A stretch of DNA of 63,919 bases, the filler included, from Octopus bimaculoides (taxonomy: Eukaryota), in the NCBI RefSeq assembly GCF_001194135.2. It is 5 parts of 5 records of this genome, joined end to end, with 100 filler letters (N's around TTAATTAATTAA, not from the genome) between each part and the next. Parts side by side here need not be neighbours in the genome. Positions count along the whole stretch, not along the records: positions 51,717 to 62,549 come from NC_068986.1; positions 62,650 to 63,919 come from NW_026384853.1; 3 more parts are not named here. One strand, given 5' to 3'. Positions 53,261-63,919 of this stretch are shown here, piece after piece. The position numbers were made by a program, and so were the translations under genes. How positions within the stretch are numbered: the stretch's first letter is position 1; every line of letters starts with the position of its first letter. The notes beneath the pieces are model-generated. The model made no database searches, was not told where the DNA came from, and was given only the letters and a program-made list of their open reading frames with translations.

Positions 53261-54859
53261 TTATGATATTTACTAAAAAAAAAAGTGATTTTGGGTTTCA
53301 CTTTGGACAAAGCAAAAGCAACCAACAATTACAGTCAGGCCAATAGAAAATTGGTAATAGGTCCAAGTCAGATGTGAAATGTAGTCCCCCACCCCCACCA
53401 CTATTCATCAACAGGCAAAATATGAAACGTAAGCCCCATTTCAAACTGTTGATTTAGGTGTTTTAGTAATCAATGCTAAATGCATATGGTTTATAGATGG
53501 ATTATAGATATATTATCCATATGATGTATATGATATACCTACACATAACAGTTCAGAAGAAAAGAACTAGAACGAGTTAAAAAAAAAAAAAAGATAACTC
53601 TTTGCCTCTAACCAGGGGGAAGTAGGTTCTTCAAAATCATAGGCTTACTCTAGCTAGTCCTCCCGATCCATTTCTTCTATAGGTTGCTCACTGGAATAAT
53701 GCTTCAAAATGCAACTCAAGCTCCTTTAGGAATTTTGTTGATTTCTCTTGATAATATTTTTCCTAGATTAAATTCTATTTTAATCATTATTTTTTAAAAA
53801 AGGAAATACAAAATGAACATTATAATAACGATATCTTAGGCATTTACTAAATAATGATTTTTTAAAAAAATTCTTTCGCCAAAAGAAAAATATTATTCCA
53901 AGTTTACTTACTTTTTAAATTTGACATTTCTTCAGACAATGTTTATCCATTGAGTAACAGCGGCGACTAACTGAAGAATTCGTAAGAGAGGATAATCTTT
54001 CTACATTTCTAAATGTCAGTCAGCCCGCTCTAATTTACCGAATTTAGGTCATATGGGAAGATGTACAAGATATTCTTTAAATGTTTCTAAATCGCAAGAG
54101 GAGAAGAGAGAATGCACGCTTTACCTCCCTCCCCTCTCTCTGTCTTTCTCTCACATATATATACATACACATATATACACACACGTGTGTGTGTGTGTAT
54201 GCGTGGGTTATGAAGGAAAAAGGGGTTGAATAAATCCAGGCGAATACCTTAGTAAGCACTCCTTGTAAGCAGAACCCGGCTAACAAGATATCTATTCAAG
54301 ATTATAGTAATTTGTATAAGATGCTTATTCCGTGTGACAGGTGCAAACTGTATCCGAGGTTCATCACCAGTAAGTATTGTCAAAGTAAATTCGTATTTAA
54401 ATGTATAAGGTTATTGAGTATGAATCACTTCCAATAGAGAATGGAATGTACAGTGAGATCATTGCCTATTTGTAATATTAGATAAATTCAATTTTGTGAA
54501 CGTTGAATAAAATCACATTAAATAAAATGTGTTTCTAAAAAAGAAACAGTTAAGTCACTAACTATTACAAATGATGCCAATAAATGAAATATATTCCAGA
54601 GAAAGGATGCATCGCATTACTTTAGCTGTGAGAAATAGAGACCTCGATTTGAAATTAGAGTGAGTTTCTATATGGATAGGAACGGAACACCGGAAAGCTA
54701 ATAAGCGGGTGAAATAAGAATAGGGAAGGGGAAAACATTAGAATGAAATCCATGTATTGAATTCATTAATCCGAATTCGGATTAGTTGGAAGATTATTTC
54801 TAACATTATTCTAGGTTGGTTCAAGGGAAGAAGTAGTGTTAAAGATAACGTAACTAAGA

Positions 54860-56830
54860 AAAAGAACTTACCTATTTGCCTCAGAGCAAGCTAATCATTG
54901 AATGTATTTGTTTTGAAAAGCTAAGAATATTCTATTGTATAAATTTGAGAATCTAATCGGAAGTTCATTATATTTATTATTCATTAAGTTGGGGTGCCAT
55001 TCAAGAGGTTCAAATGTTTCTTCTAGACACAAATTGCACTGAGAATTCCCGCAACTATAAGGAGGCGCATTTCTTATAATAGACCACGTGACAGAGTATT
55101 TAACATTATTCTCATTGAGTCTCCAAATAAATTTGCTTAATGACGTAACATTTTCTTTTTTATATTTAAAGGAAAAAGTGTGGCAATATAATCTGGATTT
55201 CAATTTAGTATCATAAGGGCCTATGTAATAATATACTTCTTCAGGTGTTGTTACAGAACATTTATAAGCTGTATTTTTCCTTAGACATTGGTTATCCAAA
55301 GGGCAACTTTTACGGTTCCTACAATCACTTAAATTCATTCATCCTATAGCTTACGAGTTTTTATTTATTGTATTAGCATCACCACTTTTCTTTCTATGAG
55401 ATATTAGGAGATTAACATCCCCCATATTCCGACTAGATACTTGCAACATATCAAGACCTACTTCCGCCTAACCAGATACTTTTGTTTCATGAAAGATAAA
55501 CCCAGACTTATTTTTATAGTTTCTTCCTTTACTTCGGGGGTTTTCAGTTTTCTGATGCTGTGAGCTGCTGTAATAACAGTGTTGTTAGATGTGGTTGAGT
55601 ATGCAAATTTTGCAGTATGCCTATTGAAAATCCTGCTATATCCACTTGGAGGAGAAAAATATTTGTCTAAGGCCATAAAGATTTAGCCTGGGATGTTTGT
55701 GGCTACATGAGATTTAAATGGAGTATTATACTAGATAATCCATCTATTACGTGCCTTAATTATGTTAGTTTTCTTGTCATAATTAGCATTAGTATAGTTA
55801 TTAGTCTGTATATTGCAGTTCATAATGTTGTAAAGAGAGATGCGTCTGTTTCCCGGACTAGAAACACTCTTTCTATTCTTATTTTTATTATCCTTGTTAT
55901 CACTACCAAAGCCCACGGCTTGTCCTTGCTGCAAAATAGCTGGGTCAATTCCAGTTCTTTCATTCGAAATCACACAGCAAGGTTCGCTGTGCCTCTCTTT
56001 AGTTGGGATATAATCATTATTACCTGATGTACTGATTATGATGTTCTTATTTCTCTCGTCGAATCTAATTCTATTAACAATAAAGTTGTTATTTTATACC
56101 ATTTGTGTGTATATATTCCATCCTTAAGCGTCTTTTTAATAACTACTTCTGGAATATAGCGGATTTTCCAGCGTATCCGGTCCTAGACTACGCAGTATTA
56201 CAGTATTCTTCAATCTGTCGGAAAATTTCTTAGTCGGGAGTCTACAAAGCTAAGTCAAATACTCCTCGAATTAATCACTGTTTTAAGATGGTCTGATTTT
56301 CGATAGACATATTTGAGATTGATTGGGCTTTTGGTACAGATTGTAAAGTCCAATACCAATACAACATCCAGAAAATTCAGGATGTTATAGTCTTTCTCCA
56401 TCGACATTGTGAGACAGAAGTTTTTGAAAAATGTTGTCAAGTTTTTCCAGTGCTTCCAAAGCTCTCCTATTACGTTTATACAGTGTAAACAAAGTGTCAT
56501 CTCTATAATGGCAACCCCCTATCCCCGGATTTCTTTATTCATGCGGTGTAATATATAAATGTTTAGTAGACCCGTAACTTATACTGAGTCACTAGAATCC
56601 ATAATTATAGCAAAATTAGTAGGACTGTTTTGTCAAGTCCAGTATCTTCCTTTGAATTCTACAATTGTTTTCCTAGCTGCTAGTCTTATATCCCTATCTT
56701 GCCAAGATAACTGTGAGTTCTTCACGAAGATAAGTGCGTTGTTTATGAGGGTAAGGTTAGTACATGAGTGGGAATTTGAAATATATATTTGGATAAATCA
56801 ATAAACTTCTTGTTATAAGTTCTTTTAAAC
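54860..56830 (-). mobile_element. Penelope-like element, Naiad-like (RT plus C-terminal GIY-YIG), multiply frameshifted
   Basis: HYRDDTL (GLYRDDGL-type), YQKPN, RWII*YNTPF...DKYF...IFNRHTAKFAYS, SDCRNRKSCPLDNQCL...YIGP...LSKFIWRL...WSII...PY...CNLCLEE. Confidence 0.88.
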
Positions 56831-57582
56831 CAATAACATTCTTCATCTTCCTACGTCGGATTTAGACAAATAAATTAACTTAATGTAAGGACTAATTACA
56901 AAACTGGGCTTATATTTTATGATGATGTTTTTCCGTTTCCGTCTACCAGATACCCTCAGAAGGCTTTGATTGACCCAGGGCTATTGTGAAAGATGTATAC
57001 TCAAAGTACTGGAACTATATGGACGGGAAGCAAACTCCTTGCGCTTATACATATTTATATTGACATATATATATACATATTAAGATATATATATTATGTA
57101 CAGGTATATGTATGTAAGAATGCATGTCTGTGTACATGCATATATATATATATATATATATATAAGAAATAATTGAGATTCAGTTGAATTAGGTACTTAA
57201 GTTGCTTGGGATTGGGCAAATGTGTCTGTTGATTGCAGGATATAATCCTTCTATTGATCTTTTTCTTCAACTCGCATTGTTTGAATACATTGTGACACAT
57301 TTTATGCCTTGCAGATCAATCTAGGCAATGACTTTCCCAATATGTCAGGTTAAGCTGTAGAGATTTTAGAAATTGCTTCCCTAGGATCAATACAATCAAA
57401 TCAAATCCTTAAAACCTGAAAAAGATTGTTAAGAAACTTGATAGATTTAGGCACAAAAGCAAAATCATAACATTTGATACATTTGATGGCTTTTATTTTT
57501 TTCACTTTGGTTTTTAAACTATTTATTTCTGACAACAGATTCATTAATGTTCATCTTGTTTCTTGTAAGATACAGCTTCTAT

Positions 57583-57713
57583 TTATGATGTGAAATTACT
57601 CTTTTGAGGCTGAAGTCCAAAAGTAGGAAATTTCACAGTTGGATCAAACCAGTCAGGCCAATACATAGATTTCATTCTTTCAAAGTAGGCAGTTATATTT
57701 GGGAATACATCAT
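57583..57713 (-). CDS. FAXC: FAXC-like protein, exon with the FPN..AY.ERMK..YWPDW motif. Either splices at 57600 or reads through to TAA at 57585-57583
   Basis: Acceptor cgtctttcaag|. Encodes (D)DVFPNITAYFERMKSMYWPDWFDPTVKFPTFGLQPQK, then either donor A|gtaatt at 57600/57599 or SNFTS*. AATAAA occurs on the minus strand at 57527-57522 and 57497-57492. Confidence 0.92.
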
Positions 57714-58359
57714 CTTGAAAGACGAAAAAAGAGAAAAATGAATATTAAAATTTGAAATTATATTTTATTAATGAATCAACATCGTTATCAAAAAGCAATT
57801 ACTAAAAACAATATAACAAGTGTGTGTGTGCACATGTGTGTTGTATGATTTATATACATATACACACACATATATATATATACATTATATATACATACAT
57901 TATATATAGCAACAGATGGATAATGGTTCATTCACTACAGCTGTTTCTAATGAGTTTTTTTTTATTGATGAATAGAAATGTAACATCATGCGAAATAAAC
58001 ATTTTCATCAGGTGAATATACATGTATTAAACATTTAAAAAAAACATTCCAAAAATCACCACTTTGTGTCACATCATGATTCCCTAACCAGAAATAGTCA
58101 AAAGAATGAATTCCCTTGCTCAAGCTAGTATTTAATATAGGAAAAACATTATGGTGACAGGAAGAAAGGAGAGAATTTATTGCAGCAGGAAGATTAGAGG
58201 AAATGGTATAATAATAATATTCAGATCAACTTCTATAAGACAAGGTCATTTCATTTTATCTATAAACTTCTAGAGATTGGACAATAGAGTTCTAGACAAA
58301 AGGCCAATCAAAGCCTTGTGGGACAGAAACTGAAAGAAGCCCAATATGCATGTGTTTGC

Positions 58360-58414
<55 letters not shown>

Positions 58415-58483
58415 NNNNNNNNNNNNNNNNNNNNNNNNNNNNNNNNNNNNNNNNNNNNNNNNNNNNNNNNNNNNNNNNNNNNN

Positions 58484-58516
<33 letters not shown>

Positions 58517-58606
58517 CATATACATATATATATATAAAGGAATTGTTGAAAATTTTATCAGTGGCCAGCATATAAAAAAATAGACTTATTAAAGTGAAAT
58601 CATAAA

Positions 58607-58880
58607 TACAATTATAATTAAGGGCATGGAAAAAATTCTTGCCTATATGCTGAGAGGAGACACTAAATCGTTGAACCACATTAAATATCATTACTATTAT
58701 CATTACAGGTGTCAAAACCAAGGGAGCAAACTAACGGAAATTCATAAAATCGAGTCATGAATTTCCATTAGCTTACTCCCTTGCTTTTCAACACATGTGT
58801 AATAATAATAGTAATGATATTTAATCAGGTTCAATGATTTAGTGATTTCCTCTCAGCATATGCCCTTAATTATTATTGTA
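58607..58880. repeat. Long intronic imperfect palindrome (arms 139 and 124 nt, 11-nt loop)
   Basis: 58607-58745 is the reverse complement of 58757-58880 apart from a roughly 19-nt insertion in the left arm and scattered substitutions. Confidence 0.92.
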
Positions 58881-59416
58881 TGTATATATATATATAAAAA
58901 TGATACAGAATGGGACAAGAACACAAAATATTCAGACAGTTAGGTGATACAAGAAAGGGACAAAACATCCACATAGACGATACAAAGAGGACACGGACAG
59001 GTCATTCGTAGTTTTCTTTCTTCAGTCGAGATCCAGATTATCCTTGCAATTTTGGCTGGTTATTCTCAATATTGCTCCAATCTGGCCAGCCCCAAGGAAA
59101 AATTACGCTAAGAGCATTAGATTCCTTAGAAGAAAGCAGCAAATGTATACAAAAACAAGGATGGAAAAAAAACGAACAATGTTATACAAATACAATAAAA
59201 ATAATAACAGGACATAACAACAGATGTCTTTCGAGTAAGGACAAATTAAATTAAGCTGGCGTATATGAAAATAATGCCTTACAGCAGGGATATAAGATTT
59301 CACAGGCACAGGGAGAAATAACGATGTCGCATGCACAACAGCCGCCCAAGAATGAAAGGTCAGGCTTGGCCGAACACTGGTCACGTGGGAACACACACAT
59401 ATATATATATAAGTTA

Positions 59417-59760
59417 GTGAAGGCACATGGCTCAGTGGTTAGAGCTTTGGGCTCACAATCATGAAGTAGTGAGTTTGATTCCTGGACCAGGCCGTGTGTT
59501 GCATTCTTGAGCAAGACACTTTATTTCACGTTGCTCTAGTTAACTCAGCTGTAGAAATGAGTTGTGAAGTCACTGGTGCAAAGCTGTATCGGTTTTGGCC
59601 TTTGCCTTGGATAACATTGGCAGCATGGAGAGGGGAGGCTGGTATGCATGGGTGACTGCTGGTCTTCCATAAGCAACCTTGCCTGGACTTGTGCTTTGGA
59701 GGGGAACTTTCTAGGTGCAACCCCATGGTCATTCATGACTGAGGAGACCTTTACCCTTTA
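59417..59760 (+). mobile_element. tRNA-derived CORE-like SINE, intronic and antisense to FAXC
   Basis: GAAGGCACATGGCTCAGTGGTTAGAGC head, GAGTTTGATTCC B box, CTTGAGCAAGACACT core. Confidence 0.75.
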
Positions 59761-60053
59761 TATAAAGTGACCAAGAGAATAAGTAGCAGACTAAAAAAAA
59801 AAAAAAAAAAAAAAACCCCAATAAGTACTGGGGTCGATTTCTTCAACTAAAACCCCTCAAATCAATGTCCCAGCATGAACACAGTCAATTGACATAAACA
59901 AGTGCAAGATACAAGATGAACTTAAATAACACAGGATTTAACAACGGTTAATTCTCATATGACCACTTTTGTTTAATCATTCCACTACACATCTAATGTT
60001 CATTGGGAAATACAAGTAATTGTAAACAAAGATATACAAGTAGCTATACTAAC

Positions 60054-60170
60054 CATCAATAACTTCTTTTAAAATGCAGTTTTCTGGCATCTGCCTTGAA
60101 TAAGCTATCATCCCCAAAATGGCACAATCAGTCTCACAGGGTTCATCTCCCATCAAGAATTTCTTTTTAC
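60054..60170 (-). CDS. FAXC: FAXC-like protein, internal exon (117 nt, phase 1-1)
   Basis: Acceptor ttattttaacag|, donor |gttagt. Encodes (G)KKKFLMGDEPCETDCAILGMIAYSRQMPENCILKEVID, matching the FAXC-type K.FLMG..P...DCA motif, and joins in frame to both neighbours. Confidence 0.93.
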
Positions 60171-61169
60171 CTGTTAAAATAACACACAACACATATATAT
60201 ATAAATTAGAGGAAAAGGTCAACAAAAGCGAAAGCAGGATGAGTATCTCAAGTCATTTATAATAATTTAATTTGGTTAAGGTGAATTTGAAGTCTTACAG
60301 CTGTTTCTAGGATATCCCAAGTGATAGGCTAGCATGTCTGTACACTGGGTATTCTGTCATTAGAGACAAGGTGAGTATCTACGAAATTCCTGGACGGGGA
60401 AATTCACAGTTTATAAGGAATAAAATAGAATAATAAAGAGTAAAAAATTTTATGTTAATTTCTGATGAAAAATAAATTAAATGTTATATTTTGGAAAAGT
60501 CATATTATAGGAACCTATGAACACATTCACTCATTTTTGTTTGTATTCTTTCTCTTTTCCTCCAACAATTTTCATCACATTGCTTCGGTAATGGGTATAG
60601 ATTTTCTGATTTTTCCCAATACAATGATTTGGTTATTTGAATTTAATCTTGGGCAAAAACTGAAACAGCCATAAGAGAATATGTTGGACTTGTGAAGTCA
60701 ATAAATTATATAAATGCTACATCTCCATTTTCTGAATTTTAATTTGAATATTTATAAATCAAGACCTATTATTTTATGAATATCACTATTCATCAAAAAA
60801 TAATAGACAATGAACCAGTAATTCATTGGATATTTTTATCTCTTAATGAGGCTATTTTAACCTCTAATTAAATTTACATAAACATAAATAAATATATATA
60901 TATTTACACACACACACACACACACAAACATATATATGTATAGATGCAGTTATGAAAAAATATAGTTAGTCATAAATTAATATAAATAATGATAATATAG
61001 ACATACCCATGCAAAATATGAAAAATGGTGATGATGCATAAAAAACAATAAACTGTTTATTAAATTATGGGAGCAGAGAAGAGAAATAATTAGCTATCCG
61101 ATATAAACATATATACACATATGTACATGTGTGTATATATGTTTCAGACGAAATAAATTCAGATTTCGT

Positions 61170-61385
61170 ATGTGTATTTTGTGTGCAAGATTCTTGTTAA
61201 ACCCGGGATAGACAGTGTATGCAATGGAGGACCATATATGTTTCAGTAAGATTCTGCACTATCACACATGGCTCTAGTAACACAGGGAAGGATGGGTGAA
61301 AATTTTCATGATCACATAACCCCTAACATTTGGCCTCCTAATTTCTCAGATCTCAATCCACTGGGCTATATTACACTGTGGAATT
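61170..61385 (+). mobile_element. Tc1/mariner DD37D (maT) catalytic-domain fragment in a FAXC intron
   Basis: YMFQ*DSALSHMALVTQGRMGENFHDHITPNIWPPNFSDLNPLG has 37 residues between the Asp at 61251 and the expected third acidic position (here Gly). Confidence 0.75.
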
Positions 61386-61555
61386 TGAACTCAGAATGTG
61401 AAAAGGGACGAAATGACAAAAAGCATTTTGCCCAGCATGCTAACAGTTCTGCCAATTCCACCACCTTAATGATGAGAATTATATTGATGATAATGATGAT
61501 GGTTAAGATGCTGCTGTGGATGATGATCATGATGATGATGGTCATGGTTACTTAC

Positions 61556-61749
61556 CAAGAAAATCAGAGAGAGCCTTTAAATCATCCAACACAATTTGAT
61601 TGACTTCTGCAAGAGTATGTCGACCAATCCCTTGGCAATATGTAGAATGTTGAACTCTTCTCTTTATCAACCAATACTGGAATGCGAGCATAGGGATAAT
61701 TTTTCTGGTATGGGAGTTTCCATAGACCCATCGTAAACGTGCAAGACCC
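61556..61749 (-). CDS. FAXC: FAXC/failed-axon-connections-like protein, internal exon (phase 2 to phase 1)
   Basis: Acceptor tttattccgtag|, donor |gtaagt. Encodes GLARLRWVYGNSHTRKIIPMLAFQYWLIKRRVQHSTYCQGIGRHTLAEVNQIVLDDLKALSDFL. GIGRH...DLKALSDFLG is the FAXC/metaxin-like GST C-terminal signature. The symbol means family-level likeness, not proven orthology. Confidence 0.93.
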
Positions 61750-61969
61750 CTACGGAATAAAATTTGAAAGATCAAGCATCATGACTAATAAAAGAAACGT
61801 AGTTAAGTATTTTAACTTTGGTCACGATTTAAGGCAAGCATATTTAACCCTTTCGATACCAAGCCTCTGGAACCTCTGCTAGTTCTAGGATACAAACTCC
61901 CAGTTTTAACGGGGGTCTAATTTAAAACCTTCCATCAAAATCCTTTGTTAATTTATGTTCCAAGCCCAA

Positions 61970-62185
61970 GGTTAATAATCCTTTCTATTATATGTACAAG
62001 ACCAGAAATTTTGAGGGGAGGGGTTAAGTTGATTTCATCGACCCAAATACTCAACTGTTACCCCCAAAAGGATGAAAAGCAAAACCGATCTTGACGGAAT
62101 TTGAACTCAGAACACAAAGACAGATGAAATATCACTAAGCATTTTGCCCAACATGCAACCGATTCTGCCAGTTTGCCACTTCAAA
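61970..62185 (-). mobile_element. Family E SINE
   Basis: Reverse complement of the 51777 copy (CGATTCTGCCAG...GAATTTGAACTCAGAAC). Confidence 0.75.
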
Positions 62186-62329
62186 CCGAAGATTAATAGT
62201 GATACAGTTATTTTGCTAAATCTTTCAAAATAAATTGAAATAAAAGCAGTTAAAAATAACGACTGGGATAAGGATACCATCTGCAGATTAAACCAAAGAG
62301 TTAAATTAGTGATAATATACATAATATCA

Positions 62330-62549
62330 TCATCATCGTTTAACGTCCGCTTTCCATGCTAGCATGGGTTGGACGATTTGACTGAGGACTGGTGAAACCG
62401 GATGGCAACACCAGGCTCCAGTCCGATTTGGCAGAGTTTCTACAGCTGGATGCCCTTCCTAACGCCAACCACTCAGAGAGTGTAGTGGGTGCTTTTACGT
62501 GTCACCTGCACGAAAACGGCCACGCTCGAAATGGTGTCTTTTATGTGCC
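62330..62549 (-). mobile_element. Family B RTE-related repeat, cut by a gap
   Basis: (CAT)nCGTTTAACGTCCG..., reverse complement of the 9521 copy. Confidence 0.85.
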
Positions 62550-63695
62550 NNNNNNNNNNNNNNNNNNNNNNNNNNNNNNNNNNNNNNNNNNNNTTAATTA
62601 ATTAANNNNNNNNNNNNNNNNNNNNNNNNNNNNNNNNNNNNNNNNNNNNTAGTGGGGGTGCTAGTGGGGGTGGGGTGCTACTGGTTGTGGTGGTGCTAGT
62701 GGTGTTAATGTTGGTGTTGGTGGTGGTGGTGCTAGTGGGAGTAGAGCTAGTAGGGGTGGTGGTGCTAGTGAGAGTGGTGGTAGTGGTAGCGATTGGCTGT
62801 GTGTGTAATGGCGGCGATTTCAAATCTGCGATTGTAGTTATGGCCGCGAAGGTTACAGCTATTATTCTGGCTGTTGTTGTTGTTGTTGTTGTGGTTGTTG
62901 TTGTTGTTGCTGATGTAGTTAAATCTGTTATTGCACAACACTCACAGCTGTTGTTGTTATTATTATTGTTGTCATTCATATTATTGTTATAACTTTAGAA
63001 TTGTTGTTGTTGTTGCTGTTCTTATTGTGACGGCGGAGGCGGTGGTGTTGGCGGTGACGTCGCCGTTTCATTAAAGCGATTATTTTAGCAGGTAGTTTAT
63101 TTAGTGAAGTCGAATGTAAGGCCATTGGCTTGTTAATAAAACGCAACCCATACACACATACACAGACACTCTCTCTCACACACACATGCACACACGCACA
63201 TGCATATATATACATACACACACACACACACACACATATATATAAATACATATATATACATACACATACACACACACACATATATATAAATACATATGTA
63301 TACATACACATACACAGACACACACACACACACACAGGCGCGCGCACATATGCGTGTATATATATGTATGCACACACGCGCGTACACACACACGTATACA
63401 TACGCATATACCCATACACACACGTGCGTACTTTGATATATACAAATAAATATATACATATACATATATATAAACACACATATTCAAGAATACACATACA
63501 TAAACATATACGTATATATATATATATATATATACACACGCACACACATACATATATATATATATACAATTCAACCGTGAACAGCTTTAATGAACTTTTC
63601 CCTTCACCTTAAACAGCTAAATAACAAATTACAGAAAGCTCTAATACAAAACAGCAATCAAATACACACACATACACACGTACGCACGCGTGCGC

Positions 63696-63736
<41 letters not shown>

Positions 63737-63919
63737 TACACATACATAAAACGCACGCACGGCCACACAAACGGAGACTGACAAGAACACGGTGAGCTTC
63801 AGGGGCAAGCAATTACACACATGTTAGCACTTACACAATGACACTAAAACATATATATATACGTATATATGAATATACACATACATACATACATACATAC
63901 ATGCATATATATATATAAG

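Noticed and set aside
53325-53350. 14-nt match to the YWPD codons of the FAXC exon
   Set aside because: Surrounding translation is unrelated and there are no splice signals; compatible with chance.
60465-60674. 69-aa hydrophobic ORF inside a FAXC intron
   Set aside because: Composition is explained by T-rich sequence, and the flanking FAXC exons already join in frame without it.

Overview
AT-rich, gap-ridden eukaryotic scaffold. The repeat families and microsatellite load point to an octopus (coleoid cephalopod) genome; this is inference from recognised repeat sequences, not a database match. The only well-supported protein-coding gene is the 3' part of a minus-strand FAXC/failed-axon-connections-like (metaxin/GST-fold) gene. 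It has three clear exons at 61749-61556, 60170-60054 and 57713-57600/57583, and a probable fourth exon at 52651-52521 that would add a C-terminal transmembrane tail anchor; its 5' exons lie outside the window. The rest is mostly mobile-element debris: several tRNA-derived SINE families, Tc1/mariner relics (DD34D, DD37D), RTE and Dong/R4 LINE relics, Penelope-like elements of at least two clades and a possible hAT fossil. The most interesting signals are a cluster of hammerhead-ribozyme motifs (one inside a 358-bp tandem unit resembling a retrozyme), the apparent soluble versus tail-anchored choice of FAXC ends, two long hairpins with strand-biased G-U wobbles, and a tandem unit with a tRNA-like head enclosed in inverted repeats. 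All motif calls and alignments were made by eye. Most ORFs in the supplied track are microsatellite or N-gap artefacts.
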